Assembly: GCF_964355755.1 (NCBI RefSeq)
Contig: NC_092676.1
Span: forward strand, 7,355,888-7,419,887
Direction of reading: 5' to 3'
DNA: 64,000 nucleotides
Source of the DNA: Antedon mediterranea
Taxonomy: Eukaryota > Animalia > Echinodermata
The position numbers and the translations under genes were made by a program. Positions 27,201 to 38,995 of the stretch are shown here, piece by piece. How positions within the stretch are numbered: the first letter of the stretch is position 1; the number at the start of each line of letters is the position of its first letter. The notes below the pieces were generated by a model that saw only the letters and a program-made list of their open reading frames with translations, searched no databases and was not told the origin of the DNA.

Positions 27201-30200
27201 ATACAAAATGGAAAATCACACTAATATAGGATTTTCTACCATTTAGTGAAGAGATTTGAAGATTGTAACAGATAGTTTGTAGTACACCTAACAAGAATTA
27301 TTTTCAATGTGCAAAATAACTCTAGTATTTGTTTGTATTTAGGTGTGTCTTGAGGGTGAGATCTCCAAGGCAACCATTATGAACAGCCTGTCTAAAGGCA
27401 AGAGAGCCTCTGGTGACTTGATTCCATGGACGATATCTCAACAGTTTCAAGATAACGAGTTTGCTAGCCTGTCAGGAGCAAGGGTTATCAGGATTGCTAC
27501 TCATCCAGATTACCAAGGAGTAAGGCTCTGTCTACACTATCAAACTAATTTGACATAAAAGTGTGATATGCCCAACTTTGATAGTGATATGACATCACAT
27601 TTTGTTGTCACATAAAATTTGGTAGTGTAAACAGAGCTTAAGGAAAACAATTACTTTTTTTTTTTTTAAATAAAAACTTAAGCCACTGTCGAGTGGGCAG
27701 ATGAGAGAGTGCCTTAAAGTGTCTGCACTGACATGACATGATGCTTAGGGGAGAAACATGTAGTTGAAAAGTGTAACATCTGAGTCCACAGCACCATGAG
27801 CAATGATCCAATCGCTATACAAGAACTTGTATATAATTAGTATGTAATCATTAAATCGTTGTTTGTGTGGAAGGAAGGCTATACTCGATAGTAGTGGCAG
27901 AGACCTAAAGTTGAATGCCAAAGAAATGTTACTATTGTTTACTGTTTCTTAATTGCATTAAACAATTTTATGCTTAATTTTCAGATGGGCTACGGTCGAA
28001 GGTCATTGACCTTGCTGCAGCAATACTATGAAGGAAAGTTCCCTAGTTTGAACGAGGCAACAGAAAATGTGAAAGATATTCGCACTGTAGAAAATGAGGT
28101 ACGAGCATTTAAATTAATGCAAATTTAAAATAATGCAAATTTAAATTTATGCAAATTTAAGATGCAAATAAAAATAATTGCAATATGTCTTCGATTTTGT
28201 TCCATCGAACATCATACAAACAGAATATTATATTTTTGAGATTTGTTTTCTTTTTATGTTGCAGGCTGTTGATTTGCTTGAAGAAGTTATTGCCCCAAGG
28301 AAGACTTTACCTCCTCTGTTGTCCAAGTTAAATGAGAGGCCAGCTGAGCAGCTGGACTACCTTGGTGTCTCGTTTGGGCTCACGGCAGACTTGCTTAGGT
28401 ACTGCTCTTCATTGCTATGCTTGTTGTGCCATATATTGAAGCATAACTACCCAAATTTACTGTTATATATTTATATTCATTATATAATTTAATAATCTAT
28501 TTAATAAGAACTATTAAGAACTAAAGAAATGTTTTCTATGATAGATTCTGGAAACGATCTGGCTTTGCCCCAGTTTATTTGCGACAAACACAAGTAAGTC
28601 ATATGCCATACTCCGTATTTATTCGAATTAACGCCCTGCTTTGAATAAACACATAGACATAGCTTTATTCATCCTTAAATTTGGAAATTACAGTGTTATT
28701 AGCTTTCTCTCTCCATAAATATAAAAACAGAATTAAATAAAGACAAAAGAACGGACACATCTTCTATTGAAAAGGCCAATACCTCTTGGAATGAAAGAGT
28801 TGGGATATCGGTTCGTGTTAGCCGTCGGTACCCGCAGTCTACCGCTGCGTTGTACTATGCAACTGCTAATAGTCGAATGCAATGAGTGACTTTCGTCAGA
28901 CGTTGCGTCATCGAACTTACCAGCTTATCGTTCTTGGTAGACCGAGTGCACCGACTGCAGTTCTGTACCCCTCTAGAACAAACGCCACAGGGCCTTTATT
29001 TGTTTCCTCGAATAAACGTCCCGCCACATGCAAATATTATATTACACATTTCTATTTGTAGTAGAATTCATTGATTGACATGTTCTACAATTTACCAAGC
29101 ATTTTGATACAATTTTTACTGTATTTTATCACTTCTTGATATAAATTATGTTGTTGTATTTTTTTTATATCTAGGGGTATTTATTTGATTGTACATGTTA
29201 CCATATTACACCCAAAAAAATAAACGAATAAAGGCCCCTAAAAACCCTCCTGAACAATAAAAGTAAATAAATATGGTATTGAAGCATAACTAGCCACAAT
29301 ATTTTCAAACTGGATACTCAAAGAATTCTCAATCAAGGAAAATATTGTTTTTATTAAATTCTCAATTTTGTTCTTAGAATGAATTAACTGGTGAGCATTC
29401 TTGCATTATGCTGAAGATGTTGAGTGGTGAAACAGAGAACAATGATGACTCGTGGCTTATGGCATTTTACAAAGGTGAGGATGTTTCTCTTAAGCATAAG
29501 ACAGAAGAAGTATGCTTAATGGGCAGAATTTCTTTGCAGTGTGAACACACTATAGTAAGGGGACGCCGCTATAATAAGGGGACGCCGCTGTGATGAGGGG
29601 ACGCCGCTGTGATGAGGGGACGCCGCTGTGATGAGGGGACGCCGCTGTGATGAGGGGACGCCGCTGTGATGAGGGGACGCCGCTGTGATGAGGGGACGCC
29701 GCTGTGATGAGGGGACGCCGCTGTGATGAGGGGACGCCGCTGTGATGAGGGGACGCCGCTGTGATGAGGGGACGCCGCTGTGATGAGGGGACGCCGCTGT
29801 GATGAGGGGACGCCGCTGTGATGAGGGGACGCCGCTGTGATGAGGGGACGCCGCTGTGATGAGGGGACGCCGCTGTGATGAGGGGACGCCGCTGTGATGA
29901 GGGGACGCCGCTGTGATGAGGGGACGCCGCTGTGATGAGGGGACGCCGCTGTGATGAGGGGACGCCGCTGTGATGAGGGGACGCCGCTGTGATGAGGGGA
30001 CGCCGCTGTGATGAGGGGACGCCGCTGTGATGAGGGGACGCCGCTGTGATGAGGGGACGCCGCTGTGATGAGGGGACGCCGCTGTGATGAGGGGACGCCG
30101 CTGTGATGAGGGGACGCCGCTGTGATGAGGGGACGCCGCTGTGATGAGGGGACGCCGCTGTGATGAGGGGACGCCGCTGTGATGAGGGGACGCCGCTGTG

Positions 30201-33200
30201 ATGAGGGGACGCCGCTGTGATGAGGGGACGCCGCTGTGATGAGGGGACGCCGCTGTGATGAGGGGACGCCGCTGTGATGAGGGGACGCCGCTGTGATGAG
30301 GGGACGCCGCTGTGATGAGGGGACGCCGCTGTGATGAGGGGACGCCGCTGTGATATGGGGACGCCGCTGTGATATGGGGACGCCGCTGTGTTAAGGGGAC
30401 ACCGCTGTGTTAAGGGGACACCGCTTTTTGTGAAACAAAGGGTTTTGATACGGCCAACCTCTATTTAGGAGACACCCATATTAAGGGGGCACCGCTATTA
30501 AGAGGACACCACTATTTGTGAATATCCTATTCGTGAAACTAAAGGTTTTAATACTATGGCCAACCTCTATTTGTGAAGCAAGCAAGAGGAATGACAACAC
30601 ATTCAGCCCCAATTTATAACTCCTATACAATGCAACCCCTATAAAGCACACACCTTCAGAACCCAGCAAAGTGTCCCCTTAATAAATAGATGTTCTACTA
30701 CTATATATGCATTGTTATAAATAAACTATACTTGCATATTACAAAAATTGATTATAATAACTTTACCTTAACTATTTGTTTTATAGATTTTAGGCGGCGT
30801 TTCTTGTCATTGCTTTCATATCAGTTTAAGACATATCAGCCAGGGTTAGCCCTGAATGTACTCCATCACAAACAGTATAAGCCAAGTGTACAAGGTAGGT
30901 TGTATATACGTATGTTATGTTAAGTTTCATTTTGGCTTTTGAAATCTGTTTAAACCTACATTATATAATATAAATAGACCCAGTCCACTAGAGCTTGGTT
31001 TCCACTAGGGACGCAACGTAAGAAAATGCCCTTCTAATAATTGTGTTTCACCTCGAGTACTTGACTACGCGATGTAATATGTTTCTTCTGCGTTCTTGCG
31101 TTGTTGCCTGGAATAAAACTGATTTGACACGTGTTGCGTCGTTGCGTCCTAGTGGGAACCACGCTTTAGTTGTCTAACTTGCATAATAAATATAATATAA
31201 TTTAATTTTTTATTAGCATTAACAGCAAGGGAGTTGGAGATGCACTTCACTAAGTACGACCTGAACCGTCTTGACCTTTACACTCGTAACATGGTGGACT
31301 ACCATCTCATCATGGACATTCTACCAGGAGTGGCCAGACTTGTGTTTCTTAACAGGATGGACATGCATTTGTCCGCAGTACAATCGGTCAGTTTAATTAT
31401 TTTTATATGTTTTTTTTATAGTTAAGAAGGAATTTAGGAAGCTGAACATTTTTTAAATACATTAATTCTAGACTATTTATTTATTAAGATTTAATTTATT
31501 TTAATAAACATGCAAATATACACAATATTGTATTACAACAAATTTCTATTTGTAGTCGAATTTTTCTACTGTATTTTACCACTTCTTGGTATTAGTTGTG
31601 TTGTTTTTTTATATCTAGGGGTATTTATTTGAATATACATGTTACCTTATTAGACCCAAAAAAATAAATGCCCCCTAAAAGCCCTTGAATATATATGGCA
31701 TATTAAAAGTTTATTATGTTTTTTTTTCCTAGGCCATACTCCTTGGAATGGGTCTACAACACAAAACAGTCGATGACCTTCAGAAAGAATTGGATTTGCC
31801 TAGTTCACAAATCCTAGGTCTGTTCATCCGTATTATGAAGAAGATAGTGCAACACCTCAATGGCATCCAGGAGAAGGCAGTGGAGGAAAATATGGCTGAG
31901 GCAAAGGAAGTGATCATGGAGCCTACCAGACAAACAATGGACGAAGAAATGGCAAGTGAACATGATTTGATCATTATTTTTAAATTTTATGCGCCTTCTT
32001 TGTTTTTATTTTATTCCAGTTCACTCACTCAGCACTACAGTCTGCTTCATAGTCTCTATTTTGTCCACGTACTCTCACTTGCACTGATGAAGGGCTAGTG
32101 TTGCCCAAAAGCTCTACTAATATTTCTTGCTGTTTTACTTTACTGTTTTGATTAGCTTTTTGCTTATATTATTTTGTATCTCCATTTAGATACAGCAATT
32201 GATACCCACAGCATTGTCATTTTTTCATTCATTTGCCTTTGGATTTATATCATATTATATCTTTGAATGTATTATTACTTTATTAAACAAAATGTATGCA
32301 GTGCGAATTGAACTGTTTTTATAAGCTTTTAAGTTTTAAGAAATTAATGATGTGCGAGAGTAGTATTGTATGCAAACGAATAAATGTTTTTCAATGAAAA
32401 AATTCCTCACTGATTCAAAGAAATACAAAGCATATTATTATACCTGCTGAATCCAGAGTAAACTATTATATTATCTGCCACTCCTATCTTGAATCAAACA
32501 TCAAAAACTAGACCATTACAAAATTAGGAGCTCTGATTTTGGCTTTGGGATCAGAGCAGTTAAGTACACAGCATGTAGTACTATATATGCTACAACCGTG
32601 TTTACACCTCACTTTACTAGTGTTTTTATCCACCATGAAAGCCTCCAAACAATATTGTATTTACTGATTAGACTTTAGTATGAGTCTGGATCGCTTTATT
32701 AGCGACTTCTGTCTAAAGCTCTGTCTACACTTTCAAACTTTATGTAACAAAAAAAATGTGGTGACCGTGTGCCCATATATGGACATGATGACATCATATC
32801 ACTACCACATTTGTGCATACCATACCACAAACTAGTTTGACAGTGTAGACAGAGTTTAAGACAGTGCAATAGTTTACTTTTTTTTGAATTAGGAAGTCAG
32901 ACCATTTAGATTGCTTCCTAAAAACTTATATGAATTATGGAACACAGTTGTTCCTTATCACCACATTCTATTGTAAGGTTAAAGGTCATACATTTCATGT
33001 TGTGTTCTAGTTTGTGGATTCAGTGAAGCGTAACATGCTATATAGAAGTAGTGAATGTTATTCTATCGATTTAGATCATCTTGTTTGATGATAATATATT
33101 TGTGTAAAGCATGTGTTTTAATAATATTTTGGTTTCATTTTAAATGTATTTCATTTGATATACTGTACCTCTCTTTTTTGTTTGAATAAGGAACTAGGAG

Positions 33201-36200
33201 TTAGTACCTACGTTCAGACACACCAATACTATTGTATCTTAGAGGTTATTAAAACTGGTTTTTTTTAACATTCCTAAATTTCATGAGAAGAATAGACTCC
33301 TAAAGACCTGTTTATACTAAGAAGTTAATAAACAATGATACAAAAATAAATAAAATTATTTATTCTGTAATTTAATTGATTTTCAGTATTGTGCATCCAT
33401 TAAACATACATAAGTCATGGGTAATGAACTATACAGTTGTCAACATTTTACTATCTCATTTTGGGTTTTTCCCATCTCATTAATATTCATGCTTTTATGA
33501 TCACATGTTCCATCAATCATAATTTTTGTTTTTTTAACTCTTTTTGGCTCCCAATTAAAAAAAAGATTCATACATATGTTAAATTTAACAATAGGAATTA
33601 AATGTTTGCATTGTGTTTTGTGTTTGTGATTGAATAGGCAGTATAACATTTAGTTTATAGCAGTTGGTAATTATGATGTGTACTTATAGCAATCTGTGTG
33701 TTATACTTTGATTGGGTGGGCTTTATGGAAACGCCAGTTTATTTAATTTGGCTATTAATGATTATCACACATGCACTACAAAAATACAAAAAAAAAAAAA
33801 AACATCGAAAAAACCAAAAAAAAAAGAAAAAACTCACATAAAATACAAAAAAAAAAAAAAGTTTAGAAAAAACCAAAAAAAAAAAAATAGTGTAATGTGT
33901 TTGCTTCAGTTTATTTCAGTTAATTTCATTACATTACCTGGGCGAGTGATTATCGTACCTTTCAATGGCCTTTCCATATAGACTGCTTTTTTAGGTAGGA
34001 ATTGTCTTCCCCATTCTTCACATGAAAATCAGTGTTATTTCATCCAAATGTTACTATTTTCTCAGCACTTTAAACTAATATAATTTCTAGTGTTCTGCAA
34101 GCATTTCGTTCACTATTAAAATCGCTTTTTAATTAAATAAATGACTGGCCCACTTAAGACACACCCGGCCCACAACAGGAATAAATGGCACAAAATAGTA
34201 GAATGTGCTATGTCTAACAGCCATGAAGCGTATTGACATAAATATCGATATCGGTAACAATTTCAGTATTAATTCATTCACCATTTTAAAAAATGCGTGT
34301 GTGAAAATAATAATTGTAATAATTCGGGAGGTCAAACTGTGTTACAACTTTTAACAATGTGAAAAGGGTATAAGTCTTGAATTATTATTATCATTGTTTA
34401 AATAAATAAACTTGAAAAGTTTATTTATTGTTATGCCGTACCTACCAGTAACTACTATATTAACAAAATCTTACTTATTATAATTCTTAGAATATAGAAT
34501 TATTTATTCTGTAATTTAATTGATTTTCAGTAGGCCTATTGTACATCCATTAAACATACATAAGTCATGGGTAACTGAACTATACAGTTGTCAACGTTAC
34601 TATCTCATTTTGGGTTTTTCCCATCTCATCAATATTCATGCTTTTATGATCACATGTTCCATTCATAGAAATAATCATAAAATGTTGTTTTTTAACTATT
34701 TTTAGCTCCCAATGTTAAAAGCAAATGCATACATTTGTTAAAGTTAACAATAGGAATGAAATGTTTACATTGTGTTTTGTGTTTGTGATTGAATAGGCAG
34801 CATAACATTTAGTTTATAGCAGTTGGTATTTATGATGTGTACTTATAGTAATCCGCCAGTTCTATTTTGATTGGGTGGGCTTTATGGAAGCGCCAGTTTT
34901 ATATTGTTGATTAGTTTAGCGCTACCAAAAATCCAAAAAAAATGCATATATATCAAAACCACATAAAATTACAAAAAAAGGAAAAATATTACAAAAAGCA
35001 AAAAAAAATAAATAAAAAGGTAGTTTCTTTTCAGGGCGAGTGATTATCGCACCTGGCTTTGGCCTTTCCATATAGACTGCTTTTTTAAAGAAGAAAATCT
35101 CTCACCACACACTAACCTTACCAATTCGTTATCCACCTGAAAGTGTATTTTAACCAATTATTACACTATTTTCTCAGAACTTTTTTAAAGGAATACTCAT
35201 AAATATTATCAGAAAATTCACCAAAAGTAAAGTTAAACTTATAATAATAATAATAATAATAACTGGTACTTGATATAGCGCATTATGCTGAAAGCCTCAA
35301 TGATGGTCTTAGTGTTGTAAATAAGTAACTGAATAGTCCCTTCAGTGGATTAAAGCACTACACAACCAATTTATTTATTTATTCAGGTGACGCTGGCAAA
35401 ATTTGCTAAATTATTTTTAGAAAACTATCCACCTTATATTTTTGTATCCTTATTTCGATAAAAAAAATACATTTGCAGCCAAAGGCTGAATTGCTGCGTT
35501 TTGTACAATAAAATTACAATATTATTAAAATGCAATAGGTAACTTGAGTGTTTTTAATTTAAGGATCTTTCTACTTCATATGCTAGGTTTAATTGATATC
35601 TATAAAAATGTACACACCCATGCAAAGACAAGATTGATATTTGCATATAATTTAAGCATATAATCAATATCACAATTCTATCAAGAAGTTCTACTTAAGT
35701 TCAAATTGAAATTTATACTGTAATTTGTAATTAAATTGTTTTGTTTTTTTATTGTAGGAAGAGGCTGCTGTTGAGATTGAAAGTAAACATAAGAAGGAAC
35801 TTGAACAACTTAAATCATTGGATCTTAGCCAGTAAGTGAATGAATATATATATAGATGTATTTGTTTTGGCTTCTCTCATGCTTAAGCTCTGTCTAAACT
35901 ATCAAACTTTATGTGACAAAAAAAATGTGATGTGCCCATATATGGACATGATGATGTCATATCACTACCATATTTAATAATAATAATAATAATAAATGAA
36001 AACTTATATAGCGCCGGTATCCTCCACCCATGTGGCGCTCATGGCGCTTTGTGCATTAACAACGTGCGAGAACATCAGCGAATAGCGATGTCTTTAGGTT
36101 GGTCTTGAAACTGTTTAGACTAGTTGAGCATTTAACTGTTACTGGTAAGCTGTTCCATACACTTGCGGCCGCAACGTAAAAAGATCTCTGACCCCATTGA

Positions 36201-37302
36201 TTTTTCGCTCTACGCTCTTGAAGAAGGTTTTGTGACAATGATCGTAGGCCTCTGCGGGATGATTCGTAACGATCCACAAGGTCAGATAAATAAGCAGGAG
36301 CACTGTCATTTAGGATCTTAAATACAAACAACGCAAGTTTGTACTTAATACGTTGTTGAACAGGCAACCAATGCAAATCCATCAGAACAGGAGTTATGTG
36401 AGCGTTTGATTTTGTATAAGTTACAATTCTAGCTGCCATATTTTGCAAGCGCTGCAAACGTTGTATTTGGATATTTGGGCATATAACTACCATATTTGGG
36501 CATATAACTACCATGGGCACATCACACTAGTTAGTGTAGACAGAGCTTTACGGAAGTCAAACGTTGCTTAAATGACATTTTACAAATAGTAACAATTGTT
36601 TTGTAAAATTGCACGTCAGCAATCACAACGTATTGCGCCATCTTTCTATAACACATGCATTTTGTAAGCAAATTTTGGTTGGCTGCTTGGTATGCAGATG
36701 GCAGCCTTCAATCAGTAGTAACAGACAATTTGGTCTGTTTAAATGTCTGATTCATTGTATTATAATATAAATATACTTATACTTAATTGTGTGTTTTGTG
36801 ATAAAGCTATTGGCTGTACCTTTAACCAGAAATTATCAAGGTATGATTATTATTGTATCTTGGTAGTCTCTATAGGTATATTTATTGTTGAGTTTCTGAT
36901 GTAGCTATCAAGGTATAATATATTTTATCAACATTTCACAAGATAGCAGTATTGTATAAAGTTATATGTTTATTATATAATTCTAGATATGTTATCAAGG
37001 GGCAGGAAAATGAGTGGACGTCTGCTCTAAAATCCGGTACTAAAAAAAGTGTGATCAGCATTAAAAGGTAATTAACTGAATTTTCTTTAACTGTTTCACA
37101 ATTTAGATGATCACAATATTAATACTGTATATCCAAATTTTCCTGAAAAGAACCTAGGCCTGAAAGTTTTTAATTTATCTTCAATTCCAGTCCTGGTGAT
37201 GGAGACCAAAAGAAGAGAACAAAAAAGATGAGCATACCAGATAAAAATCCAAATGAAAAACCAAAGAAGATGAAACTTTCTAAAGCAGCAAAAGCACGAT
37301 GA
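18291..37302 (+). CDS. NAT10: RNA cytidine acetyltransferase NAT10 (Kre33 homolog), 24 coding exons, ~1023 aa
   Basis: Exons 18291-18398, 18895-18986, 19623-19794, 20816-21000, 21738-21852, 22375-22482, 22642-22775, 22883-22976, 23362-23597, 24176-24303, 25145-25295, 25862-25958, 26974-27090, 27343-27519, 27985-28098, 28265-28398, 28545-28593, 29378-29474, 30787-30894, 31217-31386, 31733-31951, 35758-35831, 36987-37067, 37191-37302; sum 3072 nt. MVRKKIDNRIRVLIENG start, Walker A TAARGRGKS, DEAAAIP, STINGYEGTGRSL and GNAT motif RIATHPDYQGMGYG. Confidence 0.97.
19045..19419. mobile_element. Two MITE family A copies (19045-19169, 19258-19419)
   Basis: Same TIRs; the second has a perfect TAA TSD. 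Confidence 0.8.
21027..21306. repeat. 26-bp minisatellite CACACGTCAACCCCAACCATCCTTCA, ~10 copies
   Basis: Tandem period just after the NAT10 donor at 21001. Confidence 0.92.
22776..22882 (+). other. GC-AG intron in NAT10
   Basis: GG|GCAAGT donor; joining to AG|ATATTCC restores AVAFGYSNIFVTSPS. Confidence 0.88.
23628..23810. mobile_element. Harbinger-like MITE
   Basis: TAA|AGGCCAACACAGACAGCAT ... ATGCTATCTGAGTTGGCCT|TAA. Confidence 0.72.
25296..25861 (+). other. U12-type (minor spliceosome) AT-AC intron in NAT10
   Basis: 5' ATATCCTT at 25296, branch TTTCTTAAC at 25844-25852, terminal AC at 25860-25861; splicing restores the conserved CDL/YYVNRD. Confidence 0.95.
26358..26476. mobile_element. 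MITE family A copy
   Basis: Degenerate TIRs, TAA flanks, family core ATGTCCATATATGGGCACATCAC. Confidence 0.75.
26589..26932. mobile_element. Kolobok-like MITE with TTAA TSD (other copies ~26008-26355 inverted, ~45180-45470, ~56230-56535)
   Basis: TTAA|AGATGTATTGTCCCCC...GGGGGACAATACATCT|TTAA. Confidence 0.75.
27524..27638. mobile_element. MITE family A copy inserted in a NAT10 splice donor
   Basis: TAA TSD at 27521-27523 and 27639-27641. Confidence 0.85.
29559..30424. repeat. 19-bp GC-rich minisatellite GGGGACGCCGCTGTGATGA, ~45 copies, NAT10 intron
   Basis: About 40 identical units with degenerate edges. Confidence 0.97.
30992..31165. mobile_element. Harbinger-like MITE (relative at ~41197-41326)
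   Basis: AGCTTGGTTTCCACTAGGGACGCAACG / CGTTGCGTCCTAGTGGGAACCACGCT inverted termini. Confidence 0.7.
31990..32245 (+). mobile_element. Penelope-like element remnant with degenerate minimal hammerhead (inverted relative ~62575-62730)
   Basis: GCA-CTGATGA-AGGGC...GCCC-AAAA-GCTC at 32081-32117; shared GTATCTCCATT...GATACCCACAGCATTGTCATTTTTT. Confidence 0.6.
32717..32856. mobile_element. MITE family A copy
   Basis: TIRs and TAA TSD. Confidence 0.8.
33356..35185. repeat. Diverged direct duplication of a ~700 bp unit (33356-34070 and 34499-35185), class unknown
   Basis: Collinear blocks such as ATTAAACATACATAAGTCATGGGTAA, GATTGGGTGGGCTTTATGGAA and GGCCTTTCCATATAGACTGCTTTTTT in both copies. Confidence 0.85.
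35886..36547. mobile_element. MITE family A copy interrupted by a LINE fragment
   Basis: TIRs with TTA TSD; core split at 35975/36464. Confidence 0.8.
35976..36463 (-). mobile_element. 5'-truncated CR1/L2-group LINE 3' end with (TTA)n tail
   Basis: ORF 36056-36520(-) LQRLQNMAARIV...HITPVLMDLHWLPVQQRIKYK...RSFYVAAASVWNSLP is typical of the L2/CR1-group ORF2 C-terminus; possible TATTT TSD. Confidence 0.88.
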
Positions 37303-37960
37303 AAGCGATTACTAAATTCTAAAACTTCATATCATATGGTGATTAAAGGTGGGGTCACCCACCCAGGGCTTGCCCTAAATATCTGAAAAATATAATTTAA
37401 AAGACAACACTACTACTAAAACTTGGCATGTGCTGATCAAAGGTAGAGCCCACCTACCCAGGGCTTTCCCTAAATGTCTGAAAAATATAATTCAAAAGAT
37501 AGAACACTACAGGACTTATTTTAAAAATAGGTCCTAACAGCATCATGAGGGGGGTGAGGCAATCTATCTGTTTCAGTTTCGCTATTTTATTGGGACAGTA
37601 AACAAAATCGACTCAATACAGGTCCGATAAACAGAACAGTTTATACGGAGCTTTGCAAATGCGCAAATTAATTGTATGAGTTACAGTCGCCTTCACTGCG
37701 TCTACCGTCGCAAAAAGAAGGCTCCCTCCCTACTCTTGTAAGGTCAATACTTTCACCAGAGACAACAGTCTGTATGAAGTTATCCTAGAAGTGACTATAT
37801 TATATATTACTATATACTATATTATAAAGTGACATTTTAATTAATTATGGTCAAGATTTTAGTGTTTATCAAGGGATATGTATAAAGTCAATAAAAACAA
37901 CAATAACTGACTGAGGGTACGTTTATTGTAAATAATTAGTAGAAAAATAACTTTTCGATT

Positions 37961-38995
37961 CCATCATGGGGTCATTCTAAAGTCCATTATGGAGTCAATC
38001 TCAAATCCATCAAAGGGTAATTCTCAAGTCCATCAAGGGTCATTCTCAAGTCAATCAAGGGGTCATTCTCAAGTGCATCAAGGGTCATTCTCAAGTCCCA
38101 TCAACGGATCATTATCAAGTCCATCAAGGGGTCATTCTCAAGTCTATCAAGGGGTCATTCTCAAGTCTATCATGGGATCATTCTCAAGTCCATCATGGGG
38201 TCATTCTCAAGCCCATCATGGGGTCATTCTCAAGCCCATCCTAGGGTCATTCTCAAGTTCATCAAGGGGTCATTCACAAGTTCATCTAAGGGTCATTCTC
38301 AAGTTTATCAAGGAGTCATTCTCAAGTCCATCATGGGGTCATTTTCAATTCCATTATGGGTTCATTCTCAATTCCATCATGGGGTCATTCTCAAGTCCAT
38401 TATGGGTTAATTCTCAATTCCATCATGGGGTCATTTTCAATTCCATCATGGGGTCATTCTTAATTCCATAATGGGGTCATTCTCAAGTCCATTATGGGGT
38501 CATTTTAAGTCCATTGTGAGGTCATAATCAAGTCCATCATGGGATAATTCTCAAGTCAATCAAGGGGTCATTCTCAAGTCTATCATGGGGTCATTTTCAC
38601 GTCCATCATGAGGTCATTCTCAAGTCAATCAAGGGGTCATTCTCAAGTCTATTATGAAGTCATTCTCAAGTCTATCATGAGGTCATTCTCAAGTCCATCA
38701 TGGGATCATTCTCAAGTCCATCAAGGGGTCATTCTACAGTCTATTATGGGGTCATTTTCACGTCCATCATGAGGTCATTCTCAAGTCCATCGTGGGATCA
38801 TTCTCAAGTCTATCATGAGGTTATTCTCAAGTCTATCATGAGGTCATTCTCAAGTCCATCATGAGGTCATTCTCAAGTCCATCGTGGGATCATTCTCAAG
38901 TCTATCATGAGGTTATTCTCAAGTCTATCATGAGGTCATTCTCAAGTCCATCATGGGATCATTCTCAAGTCCATCAAGGGGTCATTCTCTAGTTC
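37961..38995. repeat. 23-bp minisatellite CCATCATGGGGTCATTCTCAAGT, ~45 diverged copies, between convergent NAT10 and USH1C 3' ends
   Basis: Visible 22-23 nt period. Confidence 0.95.

Larger units (their letters stand above)
31952..35757 (+). other. GC-AG intron in NAT10 (largest intron)
   Basis: ATG|GCAAGT donor is phase 0, matching AG|GAAGAG (EEAAVEIESKH); the nearby GT would be out of phase. Confidence 0.75.

Noticed and set aside
29559-30424. CRISPR-like appearance of this and other arrays
   Set aside because: Units are contiguous with no unique spacers, no cas genes, and the context is eukaryotic.
32345-32416. Possible C/D snoRNA (ATGATGT...CTGA)
   Set aside because: Imperfect C box, weak terminal stem, no recognisable rRNA complementarity.
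33712-33981. Lys-rich 89-aa ORF
   Set aside because: Poly-A low-complexity spacer of the duplicated unit.
37989-38471. 160-aa and 71-aa ORFs
   Set aside because: Translations of the 23-bp minisatellite.
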